Notes under the pieces: model-generated
Databases searched by the model: none
What the model saw: the letters and a program-made list of their open reading frames with translations, nothing else
Told to the model about the DNA's origin: nothing
Program-made: the position numbers and the translations under genes
Part shown: positions 6,947-15,187 of the stretch, piece after piece
Layout of the letters: every line of letters starts with the position of its first letter
Position numbering within the stretch: the first letter of the stretch is position 1
DNA from: Myxococcota bacterium
GTDB taxonomy: Bacteria; Myxococcota_A; Polyangia; Polyangiales; Houyiibacteriaceae
Direction of reading: 5' to 3'
Length of the DNA stretch: 15,187 nt
NCBI GenBank assembly: GCA_039030515.1
Contig: JBCCEA010000061.1
Location: 1-15,187, forward strand

Positions 6947-9889
6947 TTAGTGACGCCCCAGGGCCATCTTTGCAGCGCGGTGATCGGGGTTTGCGTTTAG
7001 TGCCTTGGAGAAGGACTCCCTGGCCTCGCGCAGACGCCCATCGAACTGCAGCGCACGACCGTGGGCAACGTGGTAGTCCGCGTTTTGAGGTTGAAGCGCA
7101 ACTGCCTGTGCATAGGCGTCAACGGCTCGTCCCGCTTTACCTCTCTGGAGATAGCAAGCTCCAAGTCCCATGAAACCACCGGCAAATGATGGATCTAGTT
7201 CGGTGAGCTGCTGATACAAGACCGCGGCGTTTGAGTAGCGGCCGGATCGAAACGCGACCAGGGCTTTTCGATGGGTCCGCAGTGCTCTCATGCGCTGTTC
7301 GGGATCACTTTCGACTTGCGCCACGTTACTCGCACCGCGTTCGGCCGGGGTGGTGGTTGCAACGGATTCAAGACGTTCTGTTTCTTGTCCGCTTTGGACT
7401 GCCGATGCCGATTCTGTTTTTGGCGCAGCAGCACGCGTTGTTTTCCTTGCGTCCACCTCTTGTGAACCCACCGGAGCCAAAGATCCCGACAGCTTAGTAG
7501 AATCTAGACTGCTACGTCGCTTGAGCGGAACCTCGCGAGTGGCGGCTGCGAATACTTCGGGGTCGATACGAAGACGATTCCGACCAGGTTGCCGCATCGC
7601 GAAATAAACAATCGCAGCACCGAGTATCGGCCCGATCAAAGCGAGTGCCGCGACCATCAAAAACGCCGATTGAGGAACATACTTGGTTCGAACTCGAGCA
7701 GAGTCGGTCTTTTTTGTGCCGGCCTTCGGCGTCGAAGCGCCTTCTCGAGCCTGAGTAACCGAGGGGCTTGGAGTTTGAGTATTGAGAGATACCGAGCTTG
7801 CCTGTGTCGAACTCACTCGCTCTGCGGACGTGTGCGCCGAAGCGATTTCGGGCTCTACAAGTACCGGCAACGCGGTGGTGAGCTTGTCTTCTCCGGGCTC
7901 TGAACTGGACAAACGCTGACTCGGACGGGACGATCTTGAGTCTTGCGGCTCGGATATCGATGCGTGTTCGGATGCCGGTGATGCGCTCGAAGTGTCGCGT
8001 TCTGTCCCCGACGCCGGCGTCGTAGCTGATGGCCCTGCTTTTACTGGTTCGGCGGTGTGCATGTTTCGCGGCACTGGGGTCACCACGGTTGGTTCGTCCA
8101 AAATCAGAGAGTCGTCTATCCCTGCAGGGTCGAAGCTGTCAGACTGCAGCAGTTGGATGTCTTCTGATGCCGGCTCTGAGAGGTTGTCGAGCCCCGTGCT
8201 ATCGTCTCCCACGCGAGCATCCAAATGTTCCCGATCATCCAAATTTTTTGGTTCACCTGCGTGTTCTGAACGGTCTTTTGTCAGGACTGGAGCGCTTACC
8301 TTCCGGTCGCGGGATGTTGGGTGATCGTCAGATGCTGAGCTGCTCGGCGTTGGTTGGTCTAGTTCGGAACGAGCACGAACCGGGCCCTCGAGCGACAGAC
8401 TTTGAGCCTCGAGCGGCAGACTTTGAGTCTCGATCGGGGGAGTGATGTGGGTCGTCGCTCCAGAGCTTTCGAGGTCTGACTTTGTCGAACCCTTTAGATC
8501 TTGGTAGGACGTTAGATCTTCGTAAGACGGTGCGGCTTCAGCAATAAGAGATGACTCTTTCTCCGGTTCTGAAACGGGCATCTCAGGCGTGGATGATCCC
8601 GGAACTGGTGGGACCGTAGAGCGTGATTTTGCGAGCGGCGGGGGAGTCAAGGATTTCGGCTTGGTCGGCACTGAAAGGCTGGAGCCAGGCGGTGCGGTGG
8701 ACCGAGACTTGGTGAGCGGCGGGGGAGTCGATGATTTCGACTTAGCGGGCAAAGGAGGCGGAGAGGAAGATTGCGGTGCCGCTAGAGATTTTGGCCCATT
8801 TATCGTGGGCCCATTCATAGACTGAGGCGTAACGGAGGAACGTGATTTGGCCGGCAGAGGTGGTGGGGTAGTTCGGCGCTCGACCGCTCCTCCGCCTTGA
8901 CTGTGCACATCCAACTGGCTGGAACGTGAATCCACTTCCATCCATGGATCGTAGAAAGCGGTGATGATTCGAGCTCGAGTCAACTCATTCACCCATGGCT
9001 CAATGAGTCGGTAGGCATGCTCGGCAGACTCGGGACGCTCCTGAGGGTTCTTCGCCAGACAGCGTGAAATCAGTTCGACAAGCCCTTCGGAAATACCTTT
9101 TTCAAGTCGAGGGGGGGACTTTGCCAAGTGGGCTTGAACGACCTGTTGTTCTGGTGTCGTTCCAAAGGGTGGGGCGCCCTGGATGGCTTCGTACAGTAGG
9201 CATGCGAGCGAATAGAGATCGCTGGCAGATCCCTCGAGTTCTCCGCGCAGTTTTTCGGGAGCAACGTAGGGCACGGTTCCCCATGCAGTGACCGAACGGC
9301 CTGTCCCCATCGGTCCGGCGATGCCGGGGTCGATGAGTGCCACATCGCCGAGGTCTTTTGGATCACGTAAAATCACGTGCTGCGGCTTAAGATCCCGATG
9401 CAAAAGGCCCTCGCGATGCAGCTGACCCAGAGCCGCAAGCAGTCCCGCTGCGAGATCGACCGCCTCTTCGGGGTTGAGGGGTGACTCGAGAAGTCGCTGC
9501 GTCAGGCACATCCCTTCGATCCAAGGACGGAAGCACCACAGACGCTTGTTCTTCGCACGATCGGTGAACGCGCCGCACTCCGAGGGAAACGCAACCCAAT
9601 GACTGGTTCGGGTAGATTGGTGGCTCAGTTCCCGTTGAACGCGCTGTCGAACGGCGTCGGTCGCTGCTTCGTAATCCGGAATTACTTTGAGAACTCCGCT
9701 TTCTCCCGACCGCTCAGAGTACGCTCGATACAGGCATCCGCCGGCATGTAGACCTTGGGTGCCGGAAGCAGGTGGCGAATCAGTCGAGACTCGAGCGTCG
9801 ATTTTGAAGCGTTCGAGAATGGAAGGAGGTAGCTCCCATTTTTGCTGACTCTGCGCCATTTCCGGTACTTGAGATGATTCCGAGTTCAT
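6947..9889 (-). CDS. Hanks-type Ser/Thr protein kinase(-like) with Pro/Ser-rich linker, one TM helix and C-terminal TPR domain
   Basis: VLKV, HRDLKPQHV, IDPGI, GTVPYVAPE, SDLYSLACLLYE..G.PPF, CLAKNPQERP; TM segment AFLMVAALALIGPILGAAIVYFAM; TPR motifs (LYQQLTELDPSFAGGFMGLG, YAQAVALQPQNADYHVAHG, FSKALNANPDH). Confidence 0.95.
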   Translation of the reverse strand: MNSESSQVPEMAQSQQKWELPPSILERFKIDARVSTDSPPASGTQGLHAGGCLYRAYSERSGESGVLKVIPDYEAATDAVRQRVQRELSHQSTRTSHWVAFPSECGAFTDRAKNKRLWCFRPWIEGMCLTQRLLESPLNPEEAVDLAAGLLAALGQLHREGLLHRDLKPQHVILRDPKDLGDVALIDPGIAGPMGTGRSVTAWGTVPYVAPEKLRGELEGSASDLYSLACLLYEAIQGAPPFGTTPEQQVVQAHLAKSPPRLEKGISEGLVELISRCLAKNPQERPESAEHAYRLIEPWVNELTRARIITAFYDPWMEVDSRSSQLDVHSQGGGAVERRTTPPPLPAKSRSSVTPQSMNGPTINGPKSLAAPQSSSPPPLPAKSKSSTPPPLTKSRSTAPPGSSLSVPTKPKSLTPPPLAKSRSTVPPVPGSSTPEMPVSEPEKESSLIAEAAPSYEDLTSYQDLKGSTKSDLESSGATTHITPPIETQSLPLEAQSLSLEGPVRARSELDQPTPSSSASDDHPTSRDRKVSAPVLTKDRSEHAGEPKNLDDREHLDARVGDDSTGLDNLSEPASEDIQLLQSDSFDPAGIDDSLILDEPTVVTPVPRNMHTAEPVKAGPSATTPASGTERDTSSASPASEHASISEPQDSRSSRPSQRLSSSEPGEDKLTTALPVLVEPEIASAHTSAERVSSTQASSVSLNTQTPSPSVTQAREGASTPKAGTKKTDSARVRTKYVPQSAFLMVAALALIGPILGAAIVYFAMRQPGRNRLRIDPEVFAAATREVPLKRRSSLDSTKLSGSLAPVGSQEVDARKTTRAAAPKTESASAVQSGQETERLESVATTTPAERGASNVAQVESDPEQRMRALRTHRKALVAFRSGRYSNAAVLYQQLTELDPSFAGGFMGLGACYLQRGKAGRAVDAYAQAVALQPQNADYHVAHGRALQFDGRLREARESFSKALNANPDHRAAKMALGRH

Positions 9890-10039
9890 AAATATGTTCG
9901 CGGCCCTAGTTCACCCGCAGTCTACTGTTGTATCGCCCACAGCCTACTGCAGTGTCGCCTACTGTGGGGTTGCGTAGTAGAGATTATCCATTCGGATATT
10001 GCGCCCATCCGGGTTAGACGAGCTAGCGGTGTATGTGCT

Positions 10040-11674
10040 TTAAGCACAACGACCACATAGTCGTAGCAGACCTTGACGGCCCACGCTAACCGCGACGGCG
10101 CTCGCGACGAAAAGGTACTCCACGAGAAGCAACCAAGCGGGGTCCTCCCAGCGCCGAGTGAACATCCACTGTTCCAAGGGCATATAGGCAAGCAATACCG
10201 CACAGGACCAAACCAGAAACGGCCTTCTTTTGTCGGCGCACTCTAACGGAAGAATCCAAAGCAAGTACCAAGGGTGCACTTGGGGTGAGAGTAACAGTGC
10301 AGGCCAAACGATCCACCGTGTGCGGGTGATCGCCTCCGCTACCCGACAAGCGCGATCGGGCCGAAGCGTGGTGTGCTCCCGGTCAACCGATCGTTCGCTT
10401 TGCTCCGCTGGATGGCGCTCGAAGTACCGTCTGAGCGTTTTTGTGCCTCCGTTTCGGGGGCCCAGTAAGCTTAAATCAGCCTGGGCCTCCGAAACGGTCT
10501 TGGATCTCAGACTTTTGGCCGTGGCCAGGACTAGAACAACAACTACAAGAGCCACCAGAGTTCGAGTGAGTGTTCTGGCTATTGCTCGCGCAGAAAATCG
10601 GTAGTCGTGCTCTCGGGGTTTCTTCGGAGTACGCAGACCCTGATCGAAATTGAGGGGAGTTTGCTTCAGTAGGGAGACCAGCGGAGCAAGCGGTTCTAGA
10701 TCGATAGTGCCAGGAGCATCGCCAAGAGCGGCTCCAGTCACGTGCAGCGCGCCATACACCACTTCCTCAAGCACCCGGTAGGGCCCGTCGTTTCCCTGCC
10801 ATCGCTGCACGAAGTGCGACACTCCGGAAGTGGTTTCAGCGCCTGCTCCAGCGCGAAGTAAAGGAAGAAGCGACAGTAGAGACAGTCCGATCGCGGGCAG
10901 CACCCATCGTTTCCCGCTGCGCCAAGCAAGGGGAGCGAGCACGATACCTAGGAGTTTGATCCCGCTTGCCGCGGCCGCTGCGACCGTCATGCCAAGCCCC
11001 CGACCGGTGGCCAGCGCCCAGGCGAAGCAGATCACCGCAAACCCCAGCGCTGAATCGATATGCCCGCTGATCGCGGACTCCGTGAGTGCAAGCGGGTTGA
11101 GGACGCAGAGTAGGGCTGCGCGCCTGCCTTCACCTCCCCGAACCAGCCTCCAGGTGCCGATTCCGCTCAAGATCAATCCGACCAACGCGAGGCTCTTGAT
11201 CCCCCAGATAGATCCGGTGAGCGCATAAGCTCCCTGGAACAGAAGCTGGGCGAACGGGGGGTAGATCGTTGGGATGTCTGGGTGATTGATCGAAGGGTAG
11301 AGCGCGTCCCGAAGAGAGAAGAGTGCCGGGTCGGAAGGTGGATACGCGTAAGGATCGATGCCCTGGAGCGCCACCCGGGCGTCCCAAACGTATCGGTAGA
11401 CGTCGTCCGACAGAACAGGTTCCGCGGGCAGCATCGCGACTCCGATGAGAAATCCGAGCAGCACGCCCAGTAGCGCCTCGCGTATTGATGGTGCCCGTCC
11501 CAGCAAGAGCAGGCTGTACGGAACGAAGGCGGCCGCGATCGAGACGACCAAAAAAAGTGGGCGTTGCCCGCAATAAGAGAGCATGGCGCTGGCCATCAAC
11601 AGGGTCGCCGTGCCCAGTACTGCGAAGCGCGGTCCCAGTACCGGGTGGCGTGATGCGTTGTGCCTTCGGTCCAT
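10040..11674 (-). CDS. GT-C fold membrane glycosyltransferase (GT87/DUF2029-like)
   Basis: Motifs SDDVYRYVWDARV, DPYAYPP, NHPDIPTIYPPFAQ, NPL..TE.A.SGHID, IKL, SPQVHPWYLLW in a multi-TM protein. Confidence 0.88.
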   Translation of the reverse strand: MDRRHNASRHPVLGPRFAVLGTATLLMASAMLSYCGQRPLFLVVSIAAAFVPYSLLLLGRAPSIREALLGVLLGFLIGVAMLPAEPVLSDDVYRYVWDARVALQGIDPYAYPPSDPALFSLRDALYPSINHPDIPTIYPPFAQLLFQGAYALTGSIWGIKSLALVGLILSGIGTWRLVRGGEGRRAALLCVLNPLALTESAISGHIDSALGFAVICFAWALATGRGLGMTVAAAAASGIKLLGIVLAPLAWRSGKRWVLPAIGLSLLSLLPLLRAGAGAETTSGVSHFVQRWQGNDGPYRVLEEVVYGALHVTGAALGDAPGTIDLEPLAPLVSLLKQTPLNFDQGLRTPKKPREHDYRFSARAIARTLTRTLVALVVVVLVLATAKSLRSKTVSEAQADLSLLGPRNGGTKTLRRYFERHPAEQSERSVDREHTTLRPDRACRVAEAITRTRWIVWPALLLSPQVHPWYLLWILPLECADKRRPFLVWSCAVLLAYMPLEQWMFTRRWEDPAWLLLVEYLFVASAVAVSVGRQGLLRLCGRCA

Positions 11675-11727
11675 GAGCGAAGTAGAACGCAGTGGGCGAA
11701 CGAATCAATGCTGAACTGGTTAACTCA

Positions 11728-12387
11728 CTAGGGAATATTGAATGAGGCCACCTGGACGCGCTGTTGAGGATTCAGGACGTACTGATACGCGCCGATCACC
11801 TGTCCACCCACAGAAATCGATAGCGTCGTATTGGTGGGACCGGCACCGCTATTGCACTCTCCCCAATAGTGCAATTCTGCTCGATACTGGCCGCTGGGTG
11901 GCATACTTGCGTTCCAATACACGTTTTCGATTCGGTTGTTGGACTGTTCTGGACGGCAATTGCCTCGGGCGTCCTGGTCGAGGTGCCCTCCGGAATTGGC
12001 GTTGGTGTGTGAATAACTGACGGTTTCACCGAAAGGATCGGTGACGTAGAGATCGATGTCCGCACCGCTGTTCCAGGCAAGGGTGATTTGAATATCGCCG
12101 GAAGAGTAACCACAGCCCTCGTCTATTTGACCGTTGCAGTTGTCGTCAAGTCCATTGCACTGCTCATCTGCGCCTTGTATGCAATTTGTTTCAATCACGG
12201 TAACTCCGTCAACGAGCTGGGGTTCGGCTTGAACCGTTACGCCTGGTGCAGGTGGAGCTGTCGTGCTTACTTGCACTGTTGGGGTAGGAACCGTTGCGGT
12301 CGCGGTCGCGCTTAGCGTGCAACCTGTCGTGCACATCAAGAGTCCGCCAACTACGGAACCAAATTGTCTCGCACCATGTGAGAACAT
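11728..12387 (-). CDS. exported/lipoprotein with Cys-rich putative metal-binding repeat and YfaP/DUF2135-like domain
   Basis: Signal with TTGC; EQCNGLDDNCNGQIDEG repeat (MopE-like putative metal-binding motif common in myxobacteria); ITLAWNSGADIDLYVTDP.GE..SYS...GGHLDQD...ENVYW...PSGQY typical of YfaP-like domains; GGGAGAG RBS upstream. Confidence 0.88.
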   Translation of the reverse strand: MFSHGARQFGSVVGGLLMCTTGCTLSATATATVPTPTVQVSTTAPPAPGVTVQAEPQLVDGVTVIETNCIQGADEQCNGLDDNCNGQIDEGCGYSSGDIQITLAWNSGADIDLYVTDPFGETVSYSHTNANSGGHLDQDARGNCRPEQSNNRIENVYWNASMPPSGQYRAELHYWGECNSGAGPTNTTLSISVGGQVIGAYQYVLNPQQRVQVASFNIP

Positions 12388-12399
12388 CTACCACTCTCC

Positions 12400-12486
12400 C
12401 CTGTCGCCAACTGCCTGTCGCCAACTGCCTGTCGCCAACTGCCTGTCGTCAACTACCTGTCGTCAACTACCTGTCGTCAACTACCT
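12400..12486. repeat. 6 x 14-bp tandem repeat: (CCTGTCGCCAACTG)3 (CCTGTCGTCAACTA)3
   Basis: Units start at 12400, 12414, 12428, 12442, 12456 and 12470, plus a partial CCT. Confidence 0.97.
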
Positions 12487-12652
12487 TGCGATTACTTCGA
12501 TGCTATTTTCCCGCCGCGGCGCGCGTCAACGTCCTCTTTGGCCGGATTCAAACGCGCTCCTCTAGCCCAAAGAATATCCGATCATGCCTTGGCCCCGTGG
12601 GTACCTCCAAACATTGCTGGACGTCGAGGCAATTGCGTGGTTACCCAGTTGC

Positions 12653-13501
12653 ATGGAACGAAGTAGCGAACTTCAGATCGAGTTGAGGGATGCCGTTGAA
12701 GATGTGCGCGCGAAGAGCGCCCTAGAACCCCGGGTTGCCTTGGTTCTCGGTTCGGGACTGGGCTCTTTTGTCGACGCATTTGAATCTCGATGTGTCATCA
12801 AGTATGCAGATATCCGGGGCATGCCGGATTCGAGCGTGAAGGGGCATGCCGGCAATCTGATACTTGGCGAGCTTGCTGGTCTTCCCCTGGTGGTGATGCA
12901 GGGACGGGTGCATTTGTACGAGGGTCATAGCGCGGCCAAGGTCGTTTTTGGCGTTCGACTCATGGCTAAGCTTGGCGCGGATATCTTGATCCTCACCAAC
13001 GCTGCTGGAGGCATCGATGCGGGCTTCTCCGTAGGCGACTACATGACGCTATCTGATCAAATCGATTTGACAGGGACCAACTGCCTCGTTGGTCCAAACG
13101 ATCCAGGTTTCGGTCCGCGCTTTGTCGATATGACTTATGCTTTCGACTCTGATTTACGCCTTCAGGCGCGCAATGCTGCGGCACGTCTCGGGCTTCCGAT
13201 GCATGAAGGAGTCTACGCGGGATTGCGCGGACCCGCCTACGAAACGCCGGCAGAGATCCGCATGTTGCGGACACTCGGAGCATCCGCAGTAGGCATGAGC
13301 ACTGTCCAAGAAGTGATCGCCGCACGGCACATGGGGCTGCGCTGCCTCGGCATCTCTTGCATCACCAATCTGGCCGCCGGTATCGGCGAGTCACCTCTTG
13401 ATCACGAAGAGGTTCAGAAGGTTGCACGACGGGGTCGAGATGGCTTTTCCTCCCTACTCCGCCGCATCCTACAAGGGATGGACCTCTCTCACATTACGTG
13501 A
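12653..13501 (+). CDS. punA: purine-nucleoside phosphorylase, trimeric (PNP/MTAP family 2) type
   Basis: VLGSGLG, GHAG.L..G, MQGRVHLYEG, TNAAGG, GPRFVDM, GPAYETPAE, AVGMSTV.E, ITNLAAG, LDHEEV. Start placed at ATG 12653 (ATG 12584 is an alternative). Confidence 0.96.
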   Translation: MERSSELQIELRDAVEDVRAKSALEPRVALVLGSGLGSFVDAFESRCVIKYADIRGMPDSSVKGHAGNLILGELAGLPLVVMQGRVHLYEGHSAAKVVFGVRLMAKLGADILILTNAAGGIDAGFSVGDYMTLSDQIDLTGTNCLVGPNDPGFGPRFVDMTYAFDSDLRLQARNAAARLGLPMHEGVYAGLRGPAYETPAEIRMLRTLGASAVGMSTVQEVIAARHMGLRCLGISCITNLAAGIGESPLDHEEVQKVARRGRDGFSSLLRRILQGMDLSHIT

Positions 13502-13580
13502 CTCAAGAAGCCTCAGGAACGAATCCCGAGTTGGCTCTAGTACGTTTCCCTCTCCCGAGCCTTGCGCTCGGAACTGTGGC

Positions 13581-13955
13581 CTACCCGAAGTAAGGCTCTC
13601 CGCGTTCTGTTCCCTGGTCTGCAACGCTTTCCGGAGAATATCCGGTCGACGCTTGAGACTCCAGGGCAGCAAATATTCGAATACTGCTCGACTGATGTCG
13701 TAAGTCTGGTGCGACGCGCCTGAGAATCGATAGAACATTGTTCCTCAGGTCCTCAGCTTCGCCGACTTTGATCCCGGGTTCGACCACTTTGCCAATCCAG
13801 CGTTCCTCTCCCATCTCGATAATCTGGAGATAAGGCGATTCTGGGTGATCGAAGTAGCTTCGGTCTTCCTCTTTGGTTTGATCGAGAGCCATCCTTAGTT
13901 TGCTGCTTAGACGGCAGCCCACAAAAATCTTTGCGGATGCATCGAGATACATCAT
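13581..13955 (-). CDS. hypothetical protein (124 aa)
   Basis: AAGGA RBS just upstream; globular-looking sequence (KIFVGCRLSSKLR...YLQII...WIGKVV...EDLRNNVLSILRRV). No family recognised. Confidence 0.8.
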   Translation of the reverse strand: MMYLDASAKIFVGCRLSSKLRMALDQTKEEDRSYFDHPESPYLQIIEMGEERWIGKVVEPGIKVGEAEDLRNNVLSILRRVAPDLRHQSSSIRIFAALESQASTGYSPESVADQGTERGEPYFG

Positions 13956-14189
13956 TGGTCCTTACTGCGAGGGAAATTTGGCGCGGGTTCGTAGCCCTAA
14001 CGGTGGTGAATATAGTATTTGCCTGTCTTTTGTAAGCAAAGCGGCCTTTGAACTCCAAACGTTCTATCAGGAACGACCTAGTGGTTAGAGTTGCAACGCA
14101 CCAAGAGTTGTATCCGCCACATTTTGCTCCCCGACTTTTTCTACTCGCCGAGGGTTCAGTAGCCTCAAAAACACGTCGTTACCCACACC

Positions 14190-15041
14190 ATGATATCTTC
14201 GGCAAACGCTTCGAGTGCAACCGCCGAGTCCAAGAATCTCGGTTCTCAACTGTCTCGGCAGTTTGGTTCTCCAACGTACCAGCCTCCGGTACTTCCGAAA
14301 ATTGCGCTTGAAGTCCATGCACTTACCCATCGAAGCGACATCACTTTTAGGGAGGTTGTGGACACGCTTGCGATGGACCCATTGCTTGCCGGTGGCGTTC
14401 TAAGCCGGGCTCAGTCGGCGATCTTTACCGCGCGTATTCCGCCTCGCACTTTACTCGAAGCGGTTCGGCGATTGGGGCTGCGTACCACTCGTGATATCGT
14501 TTGGGAGATAGCGCTCCGCATGCGCGTGTTTGTTGCACCAGGATACGTCGAGCCAGTGGCAGCGTTGACTCGTCACTCGGCCATCACCGCCCATCTCTGC
14601 CGCACCGTATGCGCTCGAGCAGGTCTAGAGATGCCGCATGCGTTTCTTTGCGGACTCCTGCACAACGTCGGATTGCTTGCCAGTCTGGTGCTCGTCACGG
14701 AAATGTTCGACTTCTCCAACCTACCTGCCGTCACAGATATCGCGACGGGACTCGAGCCTCTGCATGAGGAGGCTGGCGGTCAGTTGGCGCGAATCTGGGG
14801 ACTAGGGGAAGAGATACAGCGAGGCGTCGAGCAACATCACCACCCAAGAAGCCTGGAGGGCTATTTGGTTTGCCTTGCCTCCACGATCGCTGCCGAGGAA
14901 TGCGGTACAGAGGAACTGCCTCGTATCGAAGAGCACGACACCGACTTAATCGACGCTGCCCGAGTGGCCCTCGGACTTTCCGATGCAGATTTAGAGGCGC
15001 TTCGGATGGATGCTGTTCATATCGGAACCGTGGTTCGCTAA
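14190..15041 (+). CDS. HDOD domain-containing signal transduction protein
   Basis: PPVLPKIALEV, DPLLAGGVLSRAQSA, AVRRLG, HS..TA, AFLCGLLHNVG, HEEAG..LARIWGL, HHHP: HDOD pattern. Confidence 0.93.
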   Translation: MISSANASSATAESKNLGSQLSRQFGSPTYQPPVLPKIALEVHALTHRSDITFREVVDTLAMDPLLAGGVLSRAQSAIFTARIPPRTLLEAVRRLGLRTTRDIVWEIALRMRVFVAPGYVEPVAALTRHSAITAHLCRTVCARAGLEMPHAFLCGLLHNVGLLASLVLVTEMFDFSNLPAVTDIATGLEPLHEEAGGQLARIWGLGEEIQRGVEQHHHPRSLEGYLVCLASTIAAEECGTEELPRIEEHDTDLIDAARVALGLSDADLEALRMDAVHIGTVVR

Positions 15042-15187
15042 CCCAGCGGGCCTATGTCGGCCCAAACAGCTGCTTTCCTCCTCGCTCGTCGTCGTCAGGT
15101 ACCTTAAGTACCCTCGTCCTCCTCGCCACGGGGGCGCTAGCTGTTTGAACCAACCTAGACCCGCTGGGGGGTGGTAGTTGAGTCGGC
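15042..15187 (-). repeat. Cluster 3 of the structured hairpin repeat family (one full unit 15042-15168 plus start of the next), truncated by the window end
   Basis: Terminal inverted repeat CCCAGCGGG/CCCGCTGGG, inner CAAACAGC/GCTGTTTG, central GGTAC-CTTAA-GTACC. Begins at the base after the HDOD TAA stop. 15169-15187 resembles the linker at 2477-2496. Confidence 0.93.

Noticed and set aside
9918..9968. Three CTACTG direct repeats and a CCCACAG/CTGTGGG inverted pair upstream of the kinase
   Set aside because: Short and irregularly spaced; could be chance, so not supportable as an operator or terminator.
12088..12686. ORFs crossing the 14-bp tandem repeat (12209-12424, 12263-12565, 12294-12686)
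   Set aside because: They overlap real genes and their repetitive translations derive from the VNTR.
14660..14672. HN instead of HD in the HDOD protein
   Set aside because: HDOD domains are commonly degenerate at this motif, so it is not notable.
15035..15183. Hairpin units as integron attC sites (similar length, TAAC at the stop and GTTGAGT downstream)
   Set aside because: Other units lack RYYYAAC/GTTRRRY ends (the equivalent linker reads GCTGAGT), units are tandem without cassette ORFs, and no integrase is visible.

Overview
Chromosomal window that looks myxobacterial (Myxococcota/Polyangia-like; inferred from gene content such as a Pro-rich Ser/Thr kinase-TPR protein, an HDOD protein and a Cys-repeat/YfaP-like exported protein). 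Housekeeping genes: tRNA-Ala(GGC), rplU-rpmA and a trimeric-family purine nucleoside phosphorylase. Other genes: a GT87/DUF2029-like glycosyltransferase, an unusual lipoprotein-PDZ-NuoH-like fusion, a possible half-TolC protein and several hypothetical proteins. The most striking non-coding content is a family of ~127-128 nt hairpin elements in three clusters (1-449, 2349-3078, 15042-15187), with 10 central hairpins visible. Their sequences diverge but length and fold are kept. They show compensatory base-pair changes, strand-specific G-T wobbles, Watson-Crick pairs exchanged for tandem G.A pairs, arm/core swapping, and repeated nesting of one unit inside another at the same position. No transposase, integrase or cas gene is visible in the window. 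All calls are by eye; no database search or folding program was run.
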